DNA from: Ministeria vibrans ATCC 50519
Taxonomy: Eukaryota > Protista > Filasterea
Reading direction: 5' to 3'
Length of the DNA stretch: 64,000 nucleotides
NCBI GenBank assembly: GCA_943704425.1
Contig: CALSCP010000883.1
Coordinates: 77,120-141,119 of the forward strand
Shown: one piece after another, positions 1 through 12,180 of the stretch
How positions within the stretch are numbered: position 1 is the stretch's first letter
Layout of the letters: each line of letters starts with the position of its first letter
The notes under the pieces: generated by a model
Databases searched by the model: none
What the model saw: the letters and a program-made list of their open reading frames with translations, nothing else
What the model was told of the DNA's origin: nothing
Made by a program: the position numbers and the translations under genes

Positions 1-6
1 TCAAAA

Positions 7-3000
7 ATGACTATGAGTGACGTCCAAGTATTTGCACGTGGCTCGACCTTGCCCAACATTGCCACCGAGCTGTTCAAGACTGTCACGCAGAGCGGCAGTT
101 CGACAGCGACTGCCAGTGTCGCCATTGATGGCAGTCGCGACACGTATACAACGACGAGCAACAGTGATGGCGCGTGGTGGCAGGGAGACTTTGAGCAACT
201 CATTCTCGTGTCGCATGTACGTGTGTGGAATCGTGCCGATTCGCACGCAGCCCGCATGACAGGTATGCAGGTGGTGCTGTACGACGAGTCCGGCAGCGAA
301 ATTGTGCGCTCGGTGGCATTCAACGGGGTTCAACGTCATTATGACTACAATCCCATTGAGGCGGGTGTCTCGGAGGAAGACCGCCGTCGGGTGCGCTTCA
401 TTCGTGTCCAGTTGCCCACAGGCAATACCCTCTCGGTGGCCGAGATCGAGGTGCACGGTACACGCTCACGCACCACTCTGTGTCCCTCCGAAGACGATCC
501 GTACTATCCCAACTCCCTCACTTGTCTGTGGACCGAGGCGAACATTCCCGTGGCGAAGCGCTGTCGTGTTCACGAGGAGTGTCTTACGCAGTTCTGCAAT
601 CCCACCACGGGTAAGTGCGACTACTTCCCTTCGGCGCTGTTGCCGCAGCGGACCTGCTCGAAGATTGCGTCTCACAGTGAGCCAGACTATACACTGACGG
701 GTTGCTACTCGGACCAACACGACGCCCACACACGCCTAGGCCTGCTTCCATACGACGACGACACTATCGTGAGTTTACCCCGCTATGTGTACAACGCCAT
801 TCATACGCTCAACGGCTCGCTTGCACAGTCACTCACTGAACACGATCCTCTCTTGCCCTTGTCGGTGACCGCGGAAGACATGACCATCTACACATGTCGT
901 CACTTGTGTGTATGGCACGGCTACGAGTACAACGGCTTGAAGAAAGACTCGGGATGCTGGTGCCGAACGGTGGAGCGCAATGAAACCCTCTACGTTGCGT
1001 TTCCCACCTCACCCTACACCGCTCAAGAGTGTTTCTTGCACTGTTCTCGTGCGGGATATTCCGTTGCAGGTCTGCGTCCTGGTGGCGCATGCGGCTGTGC
1101 TCAGTCACTCGCTTCGCTCGCAACTGTCTCTTCAGGCGAATGCTCAGCTGTGTGCACTAGTGGCGATGCTTGTGGCGGTCCCAACGGCCGTGTGTCAGTG
1201 TACTCGCGAGCTCACTATGGCTATGTTGGATGTTATGCGGACAATGTTAACACCGGTGCAGTGGCACTGGTGGCGCTACAGACTCCGTCGCTTGCGGGCG
1301 GAGTGACGCCTCAAAAGTGCTTTGAGGCATGCACTGCGAGCTACAGCTATTTTGGACTGCGCGATGGCACCACTTGCGTGTGTGGCAACTCGCTCGGCGT
1401 CACCTCTCGCTCGTTGGACATTCACTGCAACCTGCCGTGCGTTGGAAACTCGTCAGTTGCCTGTGGTGGCGCGCTGGTGACGTCGCTGTATCGCACTGGC
1501 GACAGCTGGTCTGCGGTCAATGCCACATCACGAACTGTTAATTCTTTGTCTACGAGCGAGTGTGTCTCGAAGGCGCAATTGGACGCATGGGACAATGGAA
1601 CCACGGTGACGCAGGCGACGCTGGCCGACTGCCGCGACTTTTGCGCTGAATCTTCAGTGTACGCTGCGTGGGCACACACCTCGTTCAAGTGCCTGTGTCT
1701 CGACGACGCCTCAACGTACCTTCGTGATGGCACTGTGTCGTGCTCAAAACCCTTTGCTGTGTACCTGAGCGAGGCATCGAGTGCCGCCGCGCAGAGTACG
1801 TATGCCGTGTGTGACGCACTTCTTCCCATTGGCGACGAGGGAGCGCGTGACAGAGACAACACGACGCTGTTTCGTCGGCTGCACTCGAGCGGACCTTGTC
1901 GCTTGAGTGGCAATGCGCCCCTTGTTGCCGCGTGTTCAAGGGTGGCTGCCTGTGCAGACGCAACTCAGGGTCAGGAGTGCGCTGCGCTTGCTAGCAACGC
2001 CGCCGCGCGACTCCGTGGGTATGTCAAGGAGTGTCGCGTGGCCTCAGCCGGTGCGCCCGCCTGGATGAAGAACCGCTTTGACGAGTCACTCGTGTCCAAC
2101 GGTACGCTTCACCTAGGTGGCATGTCCCAAGACGGCACCATCGTGACTCCTTTGTCGGCGACATGGGATCGCAGTGAGCCCACGGGTGCGGGGCACGTTG
2201 AAGTAGACGAGGCACAAAACAGCGTTCTTCTCGCACGCATGTTGCGCACCATGGGCGATGCGTATGCGGAAGAACACGCCAACGAGGCACTGCCATACGC
2301 TGCCGACATTGGCAACACCGAACACTGCCACGGGGATCCCACCGAGTGTGCGGCCCTTTTCCCGGCTATTGTGCAGCTCTACGGGCGCTCAACATCGCTT
2401 GAGCTTGTGAGCGGTCGTCGTTTGCGTTTCCTGGCGCTCGCTTCGATCAACCGCAACCTGGTGGGCTTTCTCGAGCCCGAGAGTTTCGATCTCACCTTCA
2501 CGGCGTGTCTTGGCACAGCGCCACTTGTGTGCGACGTGGTCTCTGAGCGCTCTACGGATGCAGTGAGTGAGATTTTGTTTGACAACCTGGCGCTCGCGGA
2601 GGGTGTACGCTACTATGCGACGGTAAATGCGACCAATCGACTGGGTCTCACGAGCACCTCCTTTTCCGACGGCTTCTACTTTGATCCTACGGTGCCCGAA
2701 GGTGGTGCAGTGCGTGACATTGCACACATGCCCGAGGGCAGCGTCGACGGTGCGTCGCCTGTCGATGTGGACGCTGTTGTAGGCGCCACCAATGTGTCCG
2801 TGTGCTTTGAGGTGTTCCAGACGAGCGTCACAAGTCCGATGGAACTGTACGAGGTGGGGGTGGGCCTCTTTCCCGGCAAGGACGATGTGCTCAACTTTAC
2901 GACGGTTAGCGAAACACCCGAGCGTGACTACGTCGATGGCAATGGCACACGTTGGCTGTGTGTAGCACAGGACCTCTCTGAAAGCGGTTTGCTCAAGCAA

Positions 3001-6000
3001 GGGGTGCACTACTTTGTGACAGTTCGTGGACGCAACGCCGGGAAATTGTGGGCACAGGCGCTCTCAGATGGCTTTGTTGTTGACGGCACAGCACCCGTGG
3101 CGGCCACCGACGCGCTGCGAGTGGACGATTTTGACGTGACGCTGGGCTACCTCAACCAGGCGGTGTTGCAATTGTCGCTGTCGTGGTCTGCCTTTGAGGA
3201 GGACACCGACACGGAGATGACCCTGCATGTGTCGCTTGTGGACGAAACTGTCGCGCCGCCCCTGCCCATCGAGTGGCTTCTTCTGGGCGGTGTCGAGCGT
3301 GCCATGGGCCGTCACACCTTCTTCAACGTGTCACTCATTGTTGGTCATGCTTACCGTCTGCGCGTGCGTGCCACCAATCTTGCCAGTCTCTCAACTGTGC
3401 GCGCCACCTCTGCGCTTGTCTACGATCCCACTGCTCCCGCCGCCGGCATTGTGCGCATCTCGGCAGCCGTACCCGTGGCGCTCACACCGGTCAATGCCAG
3501 TGACGACTATGTGATTACAGGCGAAACGCTCTGCGTTGTCTTTGGCAACTTTAGCGACCCAGACGGCACACCCATGCTGAGCTACACGGCGAGCGTAAGC
3601 AACGACAGTCTCAGCGAGCACATTTTGTTCACTTCGGCGCCCATCGAGTCGACTGGCGCCCCCTTCTACCACGTTTGTCTTGCGCTCGCGCTCACGGACC
3701 GCAGCGACTACTACGTGCGTGTGGAAGGCACATCGGCAGCGGCGCTCACGTCGACTGCCGTCGCACCGTCCGTACGTGCTGTGCTGACAGGTCCCGAGGG
3801 CGGCGTCGTCTCGGACGGCCCCGAGGCGCCCTATGTTGACGAAGACTACATCAGTTGTATGGTGCAAGATCGAGTGTACGAGTCGCACTGGCATCAGTTT
3901 CATTCGGAAAGTGCAGGTGGCATTGATGGCTATCTCGTCAGTTTGTTTATCGATGGGGACACGACGAGTGTGCCGCTGGTGGAAGCGCAAGTGGGCGCGA
4001 GTGTGTCCAACTTTACGTTTGTCTTGCCGGCCGACGTGCAAAATGTCGCTGTGCACACGCGTGTGCGCGCATACAATCGTGCACGAGTATATTCGGACCT
4101 GATGAGCGACGGACTGCTGTGTGACACGACGGTGGTTGACACAAGTGCCATGACAGTACTGCCACTGTGCGAAGCCTCTCGTGTGCGTCTCACAGGCTTT
4201 GTTGTTGTCCGTACGCTGTTTACCTCCCCCGCTCAGGTGTACTTCATTTCGAACATTGGCGATATGTGTGTCTCGTGGAGCGGTGCTGAGGATCTCCAGT
4301 CGGGCGTGGCCAGCTATGAGGTGGCACTGTCGGCGCAGGAAGACGAGGACGACGCCGAGGTGTTCCGTTTTGCAGGTGATGCAACCGTCACGCGTTTTGG
4401 TGGCTTTGGTGGCGTCGCGAATCTGACGGAGCGCCATGGGCTCGATTTGCTGGTCCACTATGTTGTGGTGCGCGCTACAAACGGTGCCAATATGACGACG
4501 GAACATTCGTCGGGTGCCTTTGTGGTGGACAAGACTTCGGCGGTGATGGGTTCACTGAGCATCTCCAGCCTGGTTCACGTGGTGCCCGGCATTGGTGATG
4601 TGGCGCCGCGTGCTTTCTTGCCGAGCACCGACGAGTTGTGTGCGAGCTACATGGACGTGGCCGACCCCGAGAGTGGCGTGTATACCCTCGAGTATGGCGT
4701 GGTAGACGTACTGAATGGCTCATTGGTGCAAGAATACACCTCTCTGACAAGTGATGCCTCGGGAACCGTGTGTGTGTCGTCGCTTGGACTTGTACAGGGC
4801 CAGGCAGTTGCCATGCAGATGCGCGCCACCAACGGCGCTGGTCTCGTGTCGCTATTCCGATCGGACTCGGTTGTAGTGGACACGGTGGCGCCGACGGAGG
4901 GCACACTCGCGGTGCGCGACCTGAGCCCCGCTGGCTACTTTGTGGACACGCGCGATGTGGTGTGTGCCGTGTGGGACAATTTTGACGATGCAGTGAGCGG
5001 TCTCCAGAAGATGGAGGTGTCGCTGACAGATGTGGGCACGTCGACGTTGCTTGAGAGCACCGTGGGCTACAACAACGCGACGGCGGCGACGGCCGGTGCA
5101 GGTCTTGCGCTGGGATCGAGTGACGGAGTGTGCTTCAATCAAAGTGTGTTGGTGCAAGGACGTTCGTACCGCGTCACACTGGTGCTGACGGACTTTGTCG
5201 GACTTACGGCGAGTGCGACACGCGAGTTTCTTGTGGAGCGCACGGCACCCGTGATGACTACCAATTTCACGGTGCCATCGGGAATTGTGACGGGCACGGT
5301 GCAAGCGACGTGGGCCGTGGCCGACCCCGAGACGGGCATTGCAACGTGCGAATGGGGCTTTGGTACCCGGCCCAACATTATTGACTTGACAGCGCCGGCG
5401 CTGCTAGATGGAGCGGCGTGTCACACGGGTGACCTGGACACGAGTGTGATTGCGACAGGTATGAGTGCGTATGTGACGGTACACGTGACCAATGGCGCAG
5501 GCTTTCGCAGCACCTTCTCGTCGGCCGACTACCGCATGAATGCAGCGGTTGTGCGACGACGTCGTGAGACGACGAGTGACAGCAGCGGCGGCACCGACAC
5601 GATGCGCGTCATCAACACACCGCCCGTGGCGGGCGACGTCTACGACGGCGGGTCGCTGTCCGAACGTCGCTTTGACTACTCGTCGGACGCCACGCAGCTG
5701 CGCGTGTCGTGGGAGCGTTTCTTTGATCGCAACGTTGCGTTTGACATTGACGTTGCGATTGTGCAAAAGGGGACGCTCGAAGATCCGCGTCAGTACGACT
5801 TTAACACGGAGTTGGCTGAGGGCGCAGCGCTGTCGTCGTTTGGAACAGTTCTCATTGACTATGTCGCGGTGAATTCGTCGTTGCACAACACGTCGTTGAG
5901 TGCGGCGCTGCTCAGCGGCAGTCCGTCGTCGTTCCCGGAAGGAGTGCGTCTGAGTGCATGTGTGCGTGCGCGCAACATTGCCAATCTGGTGTCGCGCACT

Positions 6001-8745
6001 GTCTGTACCAATGGCGTGTTGTTGGACACGAGTGTGCCGACGGCGGGCACTGTGCTCGACGGTATGTTTGGCGTGGACCAGCGCATCCAGGGGAGCAGTA
6101 ATGGGCTTGCCGTGACCTTCCATGGCTTTTACGACGCGCAGTCGGCGCCGCTGACAGGCACTGCGGCGCCCGCAAGCGGTACATTGCCCGTGCCTGGCAC
6201 AGACCTCAGCAGCTGGGATGGTTCCTATGTGGCACCGGTGTTTCGTCATGGCCAGCCCATGACCTACGCGGTGGCGTTCTCGGAGATGAGCGGAGTGGAC
6301 GTGGACACGCTCGAATGGACCTCTGCGGGCACGCAGACTGTCTTTATGCTGACGGGTCTGACACTTGAACATGAGCACCTTTACTATGTGTATGTGTGTG
6401 CCTTCAACCCAATGCTGTTGCGCGTGTGTGCTCAAAGCGACGGTATTACGGTTCTCACTAACACAACAGATCTAGCGCTGTTCGACACAACTCCACCGCG
6501 AGCGTTCACTGTGGTTCGAGAGCCCACCGCTGCCGTCACGGCCAACGCTACCTTTTTAGCGGTACACTGGCCAGTGTGCGTCGACGACACGTCTGTATGC
6601 AGTCACTGTCTGGTTTACCACTTTGACAACACTACGGATGCGGTGGTGTCGGTCGACCGCGTGGTCTATCCTGGCGTGGACTTTGCCACGAACGCGCTTG
6701 CAATGGAATCGGGCCACGCCTACAGTGCGATTGTGTCGTGCTGCAATCAGGCGGACACCTGTCGAAATGTGTCCACTGCGCGCTTTACTGTGGATCTAAC
6801 ACCGCCACTGCTTGAGGTGGGACCGCTGGGCACGGACGTGGCGCTCTCGACCAATGCTAGTGAGGTGTTTGTGCAGCGTTTGGAGGGTGTGTCGCAGGGT
6901 ATTTCGGTGTTTGTGCGTACCCGTGATGTCGAAAGTACTGCAGCCACAGCGTCGTACCGTGTGTGGGTGAATGGAAGTTTGTCATCGACAGCCTGGACGC
7001 GTTTTGCCGTGGAGAAGTCGGTGCAAATTCAGATTGTGAGTGCCACGGATGCCGACACGATTGCGATTGAGTTGACCAGCACCAACTCGGTAGGTCTCGT
7101 GCGCACACGGACCGTCTCGCTTTCGATGGAACTGGCTACGTCGCGTCCGACACTCTCGCTGGTGTACCTGGGCGCGATGGCACAAACAGAGGCGACGCTT
7201 GTGTACACGCAGGCAAGCAGTGAGTCGCTGCAGCTGCGTGGCGCATTGGAGCCTTCGAGTGTGTCGTCACCTGTGAACATTCTCTATCGAGTGCACGCCT
7301 TTGAGTTTGCAGCGTTGACTGCTTCCGTCGACGGAAACGTCACGATTGCTGCATTGGATGCGGCGCGATCGATGGCGGCCGCGGACACGACCACGTCGTG
7401 GATGCGACTGGTGAATCGAAATGCGGCTGACGTGGTACTGAACATGACGGCGGTGGCGGATGGTCGTCTGGTGTATGCGGAGGCGGTCGCTGAGAACTTG
7501 GCGGGTGCACGGAGCGACGTGAGCGACAGTCTCGCGTTGCTGGTGGTGGACCACAGTGCGCCTGAGGTGCGTGTGTGGGACGGGCGCGTGTCGGGCGATG
7601 TGAGTGCCTTTGTGGAGGCAACGCCCGCCTGTTCGTGGTTTGTGACTGAGCCGCATGTGGCACTGGCGCAGGTGCGTGTGTGCATTCGCAACAATGTAAC
7701 ACACGAAGTGGCGTGTGCTACGCTTGATTCCACGACGCACACGCAAATCGAGCTGCGCGACGGCATGCATGCTTTTGCCGTGAGCGACGCCAACTTTGTC
7801 AACGGTACACGCTACTACTGTGCGGTGACGGTGACGAGCGAGGCTCAGTGGGTCAGCGAGACGGACGTCAGCGATGGTCAGGTAAAGTTCAATGCGGGTG
7901 CGATTGGCGTGTATGTGGATCGAGCACTGCCGCAACTATTTACCATTGCGATTCCGAGTGAGTCGCGCGAGAGCACGTCGCCCTGGGACCGCGTGCAGGT
8001 GCTGGTGCCACCAGCGGACTTTATTGGGGACAACACCAATGCGGTATGGATTGTGTTTAGCAGCGTGGCTGCGGGCATGCGGGTGTCGCTGGACGTGGTG
8101 GTGGAGCGTCGGAAGACGACGCTGAGCACGCACACTCCCGTGGTGTTGACCTTTTTGCCCGTGGAGAATGGTGCGACGGGCACGAGTGAAATGGCGGGCA
8201 GTCTGGCGGGGTCAGTAGAGCCGTCGAGTGCGGTGACATCGGCGAGTTCGGGGTGCGGAGGCACGCCGACGTACGGCACGGACGGCTCGGTGTCGGTGGA
8301 GGTGTGCACGAGTGCACAGGTGGGATTCCAGGAGGCCGCCGGTGGGTCCAACTTGTTTGCGATTGTGTTTGGCACAGTGTGGACACTGGCGGCGCTGGTG
8401 GCGTGTGTGATGCTGGGACGACTGTGGTGGATGCGACGACAGCTTGAGCAAGCGGACCCGGCGACTGGCAAGAGCTTTGGGGAACTGCGCTCTGAGCTGC
8501 AGCAGATGAGCACTATGCAGATGATTGAGAATGAGTGGCATGCGTCGCCCACCGCAGTACGCGACGCGTCTTTCATCGAGGACGTGCCCGAGTCGCTGGG
8601 TCTGCCGCCTCGCTGGCGCGGCAAAGTTGTCAAACCGATTGCGGATCTTATTAACCAGGGGGTCAAGGAGACGGGCCAGCGCGCTCCTCTCATTGACGTT
8701 GACCAGATTACCGACTCGTCGTCGGTGGACGTTCTTTTGGAGTGA
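7..8745 (+). CDS. Giant type I membrane/surface protein: F5/8C- or fucolectin-like domain, WSC domains, many FN3/Ig-like repeats, C-terminal TM; probably 5'-truncated by the window
   Basis: Uninterrupted 2912-aa ORF whose frame is open back to base 1 and which has no signal peptide at the listed Met. N-terminal WW..D....SHVRVWNR...LSVAEIEV (discoidin/fucolectin-like); WSC-type GYVGCY...TPQKCFEAC...YFGL..G..CVCGN...C..PC.GN....CGG; repeated Y..V.ATN.AGL...SDG..VD.T.P..G.V.D modules; hydrophobic FAIVFGTVWTLAALVACVML near the C-terminus. Confidence 0.85.
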   Translation: MTMSDVQVFARGSTLPNIATELFKTVTQSGSSTATASVAIDGSRDTYTTTSNSDGAWWQGDFEQLILVSHVRVWNRADSHAARMTGMQVVLYDESGSEIVRSVAFNGVQRHYDYNPIEAGVSEEDRRRVRFIRVQLPTGNTLSVAEIEVHGTRSRTTLCPSEDDPYYPNSLTCLWTEANIPVAKRCRVHEECLTQFCNPTTGKCDYFPSALLPQRTCSKIASHSEPDYTLTGCYSDQHDAHTRLGLLPYDDDTIVSLPRYVYNAIHTLNGSLAQSLTEHDPLLPLSVTAEDMTIYTCRHLCVWHGYEYNGLKKDSGCWCRTVERNETLYVAFPTSPYTAQECFLHCSRAGYSVAGLRPGGACGCAQSLASLATVSSGECSAVCTSGDACGGPNGRVSVYSRAHYGYVGCYADNVNTGAVALVALQTPSLAGGVTPQKCFEACTASYSYFGLRDGTTCVCGNSLGVTSRSLDIHCNLPCVGNSSVACGGALVTSLYRTGDSWSAVNATSRTVNSLSTSECVSKAQLDAWDNGTTVTQATLADCRDFCAESSVYAAWAHTSFKCLCLDDASTYLRDGTVSCSKPFAVYLSEASSAAAQSTYAVCDALLPIGDEGARDRDNTTLFRRLHSSGPCRLSGNAPLVAACSRVAACADATQGQECAALASNAAARLRGYVKECRVASAGAPAWMKNRFDESLVSNGTLHLGGMSQDGTIVTPLSATWDRSEPTGAGHVEVDEAQNSVLLARMLRTMGDAYAEEHANEALPYAADIGNTEHCHGDPTECAALFPAIVQLYGRSTSLELVSGRRLRFLALASINRNLVGFLEPESFDLTFTACLGTAPLVCDVVSERSTDAVSEILFDNLALAEGVRYYATVNATNRLGLTSTSFSDGFYFDPTVPEGGAVRDIAHMPEGSVDGASPVDVDAVVGATNVSVCFEVFQTSVTSPMELYEVGVGLFPGKDDVLNFTTVSETPERDYVDGNGTRWLCVAQDLSESGLLKQGVHYFVTVRGRNAGKLWAQALSDGFVVDGTAPVAATDALRVDDFDVTLGYLNQAVLQLSLSWSAFEEDTDTEMTLHVSLVDETVAPPLPIEWLLLGGVERAMGRHTFFNVSLIVGHAYRLRVRATNLASLSTVRATSALVYDPTAPAAGIVRISAAVPVALTPVNASDDYVITGETLCVVFGNFSDPDGTPMLSYTASVSNDSLSEHILFTSAPIESTGAPFYHVCLALALTDRSDYYVRVEGTSAAALTSTAVAPSVRAVLTGPEGGVVSDGPEAPYVDEDYISCMVQDRVYESHWHQFHSESAGGIDGYLVSLFIDGDTTSVPLVEAQVGASVSNFTFVLPADVQNVAVHTRVRAYNRARVYSDLMSDGLLCDTTVVDTSAMTVLPLCEASRVRLTGFVVVRTLFTSPAQVYFISNIGDMCVSWSGAEDLQSGVASYEVALSAQEDEDDAEVFRFAGDATVTRFGGFGGVANLTERHGLDLLVHYVVVRATNGANMTTEHSSGAFVVDKTSAVMGSLSISSLVHVVPGIGDVAPRAFLPSTDELCASYMDVADPESGVYTLEYGVVDVLNGSLVQEYTSLTSDASGTVCVSSLGLVQGQAVAMQMRATNGAGLVSLFRSDSVVVDTVAPTEGTLAVRDLSPAGYFVDTRDVVCAVWDNFDDAVSGLQKMEVSLTDVGTSTLLESTVGYNNATAATAGAGLALGSSDGVCFNQSVLVQGRSYRVTLVLTDFVGLTASATREFLVERTAPVMTTNFTVPSGIVTGTVQATWAVADPETGIATCEWGFGTRPNIIDLTAPALLDGAACHTGDLDTSVIATGMSAYVTVHVTNGAGFRSTFSSADYRMNAAVVRRRRETTSDSSGGTDTMRVINTPPVAGDVYDGGSLSERRFDYSSDATQLRVSWERFFDRNVAFDIDVAIVQKGTLEDPRQYDFNTELAEGAALSSFGTVLIDYVAVNSSLHNTSLSAALLSGSPSSFPEGVRLSACVRARNIANLVSRTVCTNGVLLDTSVPTAGTVLDGMFGVDQRIQGSSNGLAVTFHGFYDAQSAPLTGTAAPASGTLPVPGTDLSSWDGSYVAPVFRHGQPMTYAVAFSEMSGVDVDTLEWTSAGTQTVFMLTGLTLEHEHLYYVYVCAFNPMLLRVCAQSDGITVLTNTTDLALFDTTPPRAFTVVREPTAAVTANATFLAVHWPVCVDDTSVCSHCLVYHFDNTTDAVVSVDRVVYPGVDFATNALAMESGHAYSAIVSCCNQADTCRNVSTARFTVDLTPPLLEVGPLGTDVALSTNASEVFVQRLEGVSQGISVFVRTRDVESTAATASYRVWVNGSLSSTAWTRFAVEKSVQIQIVSATDADTIAIELTSTNSVGLVRTRTVSLSMELATSRPTLSLVYLGAMAQTEATLVYTQASSESLQLRGALEPSSVSSPVNILYRVHAFEFAALTASVDGNVTIAALDAARSMAAADTTTSWMRLVNRNAADVVLNMTAVADGRLVYAEAVAENLAGARSDVSDSLALLVVDHSAPEVRVWDGRVSGDVSAFVEATPACSWFVTEPHVALAQVRVCIRNNVTHEVACATLDSTTHTQIELRDGMHAFAVSDANFVNGTRYYCAVTVTSEAQWVSETDVSDGQVKFNAGAIGVYVDRALPQLFTIAIPSESRESTSPWDRVQVLVPPADFIGDNTNAVWIVFSSVAAGMRVSLDVVVERRKTTLSTHTPVVLTFLPVENGATGTSEMAGSLAGSVEPSSAVTSASSGCGGTPTYGTDGSVSVEVCTSAQVGFQEAAGGSNLFAIVFGTVWTLAALVACVMLGRLWWMRRQLEQADPATGKSFGELRSELQQMSTMQMIENEWHASPTAVRDASFIEDVPESLGLPPRWRGKVVKPIADLINQGVKETGQRAPLIDVDQITDSSSVDVLLE

Positions 8746-8818
8746 AATAGAGAGAAAGAGAGAGAGAGGGAGAGAGAACTTTTCATTACACTTTTTATTT
8801 TTCATAGTTGCTGATATT

Positions 8819-10207
<1,389 letters not shown>

Positions 10208-10437
10208 GCAGATTAATAATAATAATGAAATAAATTATAAATTAATCAGTCGGACTGTCAGAATTTAAGAAATTGAATGATTAGTACGCATCAATGAAAT
10301 ATGTTAGGCTCGACCTTGTGGTAAAATCATGACGCACTCGACAGTTTTTTTCATCTTTTACTATTCTTTGTTGTTGTATAACATCGTTTGTTTTTGTACT
10401 TACATCTATTTTTTCTTTGTACACAATAGTCTAAATA

Positions 10438-12086
10438 TTAGTCTTGGACGTAATAGACCTGTTGGAAGTGCGCGAGGTCAACGAGAACTTGAGCAGCGGT
10501 ATGGGCATGACGGCCCGCACGACAGAAGAGATAGACGGGCAGAGATGGACGCACGTCGGGTGCAAGAGACTCAATGCGACGCACAAACTGCGAGGGATCG
10601 GTGAAGGGCGCTACGTGCGCTGTGGGAAACAAATTACCGCTCTCGCCGTCGTGTTCCGATTGAGTACACACGTCAATGACCACGTGTCCTTGATCAGCAT
10701 TGATTAATGCTAACAGTGCCTCGGTCGTGATGCGATGCACATGTGCCACGTCCCTCTGGATGCCATCACTGCTGTCCAAAGCCACACTTCGATCGAAATA
10801 TCCCTGTTCCATCTTCCAGTTGTGCTCCGAGGACACTGCCATGCGAAAGGAAACCTTCATGAGTGCTGTACGTTTCTTGGGAATAAAGCAGTGGTGTTGA
10901 AAGCGCGCAAAGTCGACGGGTGCGTCTACGAGGACACACGAAGAGACGGTGCGGAAGGGTGCCTTGGGACCACCACACTGGATCTCCAGCGAACACACGT
11001 CCCTCCCTCGTGGCCATCCACCCCATTTAAGTCCTTCAAGACGCACCGACCGACCTTGACGCGACGCACGCACGATAGCCGCACTGTGTGGAATGTGAGC
11101 AGGACGAAAGTCGCGCGCGTACAGGGGTGTCGGGACAATCTGATGTGTACGCTTGGCAAACTCCGTCATTTGGCTGGACGCACGGGTAGAAAGAGCGCGT
11201 GCCTGAACGGTACGAACCCACTTGATGTGTGTACAGCCGTACCAGCCAGGCAGTACGAGGCGCACAGGCATTCCGTGGTCACGACTCAGCACTTGGCCAT
11301 TCATGTGTGTCGCGAGGAAAGCACCCGACTCAGCCACGTCCTCCTTGCTCAGGATCCAGCTGGCGCCTGTATGCGACAGAGCAAAGCCCTTGGGTGGATG
11401 TGACGCTTGTGAGTGTGAGTCGTCACCGGTGATTTCGACGAAAGGTGTGCTGATGGTCATGAGCTCGCCAAGTGGCACACCATGCCACTCAGCGACACTC
11501 ATGAGACCCTGATCAAAAGCACGTGAGTTACCCGCGCATTCCATTACTGTGCTACCACACTTTCGAGCATGCTGTTGGAGCCAGAGAGCGCTCATATTTC
11601 GCTCAAGATCGCCATCTACAAAGAAAAAAAAGGCATGAAAATCGCTGGCAGACAGCACTCGTTCAAGGTACTCTGAGTGAGAAATGACACGTTCCAACGC
11701 GACGCGTCAAAGTCCAGAATGCCGTCGGGAGCTTCACTTCGAATGTAGAAGTTGCTGAGGTCCGTCGGCAGGTGTGTGAGGAGCGGTGTGAGGTGCGAGA
11801 CGCGACGCGCGTCCAGTCCTGCAAAAACCTACACAGCCCCCGCACACACAAGTGAGCGCGCATTCGGCACGGGCGAGCCCGCAGAAACCTTCTTGCCGTG
11901 AGGATAGACAGCCTTATTGTGCCCGCGGATGGTGAGAAGGCTGTGCATTTCACTGGGGACGTGAGAGACAAGATCAACAGAGAGAAACATCGTGAACGCG
12001 CTGTAGGCGCACAGCGCAATAAAGACTCCGTAGAGAGCCGCCTGTGACACGTGACATCGTATTCGGTCGTGTCGATCGTGTCTCAT
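10438..12086 (-). CDS. Molybdopterin-dependent oxidoreductase (sulfite oxidase superfamily) fused to a C-terminal rhodanese domain, with an N-terminal TM; about 3 exons
   Basis: Spliced reading gives MRHD..(TM)..|VFAGLDARR..TDLSNFYIRS..|..MECAGN.R...GLMSVAEW.GVPL...MNG..LSRDHGMPVRLVLPGWYG...IKWV (Moco-binding Cys in MECAGN). C-terminal VIDV....EH......PTAH...VYLFCRAGRHAHTAAQVL....FQQVYYV is rhodanese-like. Confidence 0.8.
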
Positions 12087-12180
12087 GACAGCAACGGCCA
12101 ACGTGAAAATTTTGAAAAAAAAAATGAATTATTTTTGAAAATTATTCGACAATCAAAACTTTTTTTGTGCTTTGGCCTTT

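Noticed and set aside
1-8786. Many long antisense or alternate-frame ORFs over the giant gene (similarly over ELP1 and dynein)
   Set aside because: Shadow ORFs from GC-rich codon usage, with no domain-like content.
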